IMG/VR virus record: IMGVR_UViG_2703718673_000012
Source: a virus
Taxonomy: Duplodnaviria > Heunggongvirae > Uroviricota > Caudoviricetes
DNA length: 7,172 bases
Direction: 5' to 3' (one strand)
Positions 5,903 through 7,172 of the stretch are shown in pieces. The position numbers were made by a program, and so were the translations under genes. Position 1 is the first letter of the stretch. Each line of letters starts with the position of its first letter. The notes under the pieces were generated by a model. That model had not been told where the DNA came from. It ran no database searches and saw only the letters and a program-made list of their open reading frames with translations.

Positions 5903-6004
5903 CGTATTTCGGGCTGTAGTCTTCCTTCTGCCATTGTCCTGTAACTTCCGGACTTCAGCCCGCTCCTTATTTTACTCACAATATTATCCCGGCCGGGAGG
6001 ATTC

Positions 6005-7172
6005 ATGGCATTTAAACACTATGATGTTGTCAGGGCGGCGTCGCCGTCAGACCTTGCGAAACGAATAACTCAAAAACTGAAGGAAGGGTGGCAGCCTTAT
6101 GGTGGTGCGCTGATTTCGACAGCTGGTTATGGTGCGGAGTTCATCCAGCCAGTTGTGAGTGAGGGGAGCATCTCATCACCAGAGGAGCCAGGCAACCGTC
6201 CGACGACCTCAGCGCCTTCTGTTGCGCCAGAATATTACTATGTGATCGCGCTTGCTGGTCAGTCCAATGGTATGTCATACGGTGAGGGACTGCCATTGCC
6301 GGATACATTCGACAGCCCTGATCCACGTATTAAACAGTTAGCGCGTCGCAGTACGGTGACACCGGGCGGTGCAGTATGCAAATATAACGACATCATTCCG
6401 GCGGACCATTGTCTGCATGATGTGCAGGACATGAGCCGTCTTAACCATCCGAAAGCGGACCTGTCAAAGGGGCAGTACGGAACCGTGGGGCAGGGGCTGC
6501 ATATCGCCAAAAAACTGCTGCCGTTTATACCGGCGAATGCGGGCATTCTGCTGGTTCCGTGCTGTCGTGGTGGTTCAGCGTTCACCACCGGAGCCGATGG
6601 CACATACAGTGACGCGAGTGGTGCCTCGGAGAATTCAACCCGCTGGGGTGTGGACAAGCCGCTGTATAAGGACCTTATCGGTCGAACAAAAGCAGCACTG
6701 AAGAAGAATCCGAAAAATGTGCTGTTTGCCGTGGTGTGGATGCAGGGGGAATTTGATTTTGGCGGTACGCCGGTAAATCACGCCGCACAGTTTGGTGCGC
6801 TGGTTGATAAATTCCGTGCAGACCTGGCGGATATGGCAGGCCAGTGCGTCGGTGGCTCTGCTGGCGGTGTTCCCTGGATATGCGGGGACACGACGTATTT
6901 CTGGAAGCAGAAGAACGAATCCACGTACCAGACGGTGTATGGCAGCTATAAAAACAAAACGGAAAAGAATATCCATTTCGTACCGTTCATGACGGATGAG
7001 AACGGGGTGAATGTGCCGACGAACAAACCGGAAGAAGACCCGGACATTCCGGGTATCGGATATTACGGTTCGAAATGGCGTGACAGCTCAGCCACCTGGA
7101 CGTCACAGGACAGGGCGAGCCATTTCAGTTCATGGGCTCGCCGCGGGATTATTTCCGACCGTCTGGCAACGG
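6005..7172 (+). CDS. nanS-p: Prophage sialate (9-O-acetyl-N-acetylneuraminate) O-acetylesterase NanS-p, 3' end outside the window
   Basis: ATG 6005 preceded by GGAGG (5996-6000); frame open to the window end, hand-translated with no stops. N-terminal small domain (HYDVVRAASPSDLAKRITQKLKEGWQPYGG) fits the DUF1737-like head of NanS-p proteins; the SGNH/DUF303 esterase signature GQSN (codons 6257-6268, in YYYVIALAGQSNGMSYGEG) supplies the catalytic serine. Position immediately downstream of stx2AB matches 933W-like phages. Confidence 0.85.
   Translation, partial: MAFKHYDVVRAASPSDLAKRITQKLKEGWQPYGGALISTAGYGAEFIQPVVSEGSISSPEEPGNRPTTSAPSVAPEYYYVIALAGQSNGMSYGEGLPLPDTFDSPDPRIKQLARRSTVTPGGAVCKYNDIIPADHCLHDVQDMSRLNHPKADLSKGQYGTVGQGLHIAKKLLPFIPANAGILLVPCCRGGSAFTTGADGTYSDASGASENSTRWGVDKPLYKDLIGRTKAALKKNPKNVLFAVVWMQGEFDFGGTPVNHAAQFGALVDKFRADLADMAGQCVGGSAGGVPWICGDTTYFWKQKNESTYQTVYGSYKNKTEKNIHFVPFMTDENGVNVPTNKPEEDPDIPGIGYYGSKWRDSSATWTSQDRASHFSSWARRGIISDRLAT

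Noticed and set aside
6141-6992. Minus-strand ORFs 6141..6326, 6259..6657 and 6635..6976 and + strand ORF 6792..6992
   Set aside because: All overlap the nanS-p reading frame, which is open across the whole region and carries the esterase motif; these are shadow or alternate-frame ORFs.
1-7172. CRISPR arrays, IS elements or transposases, integrase or att sites, toxin-antitoxin pairs
   Set aside because: No spaced direct-repeat arrays, no terminal inverted repeats flanking a transposase-like ORF, and no recombinase-like ORF were seen; the only repeats are the short ones reported above.

Overview
This window reads as the late-regulatory and toxin module of a 933W-like Shiga toxin 2a-converting lambdoid prophage, with every gene on the + strand. 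The order is: 3' part of a phage Dam-type N6-adenine methyltransferase, ninE, an ORF6N/KilA-N-like domain gene, a Rha/KilAC antirepressor-like gene, ninG, ninH, antiterminator Q (interrupted by a 60-nt run of N), the pR'/tR' late leader, three tRNA genes (CAU, UCG, UCU anticodons; the ileZ-argN-argO arrangement), stx2A, stx2B, a terminator cluster, and the 5' part of the nanS-p sialate O-acetylesterase gene. I see no CRISPR array, IS element or integrase. I do not find evidence for a wholly undescribed system; the module is well characterised. The less obvious signals are non-coding: a short relic of a methyltransferase 3' end between tR' and the first tRNA, an 11-bp direct repeat bracketing that segment, a cluster of TTAGCAC/TATCGAAACG repeats upstream of the ORF6N gene, a terminator-like hairpin inside the 3' end of the Q frame, and convergent terminators around a perfect palindrome downstream of stx2B. 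All calls come from reading the sequence and from recalled family knowledge; no database search was run.
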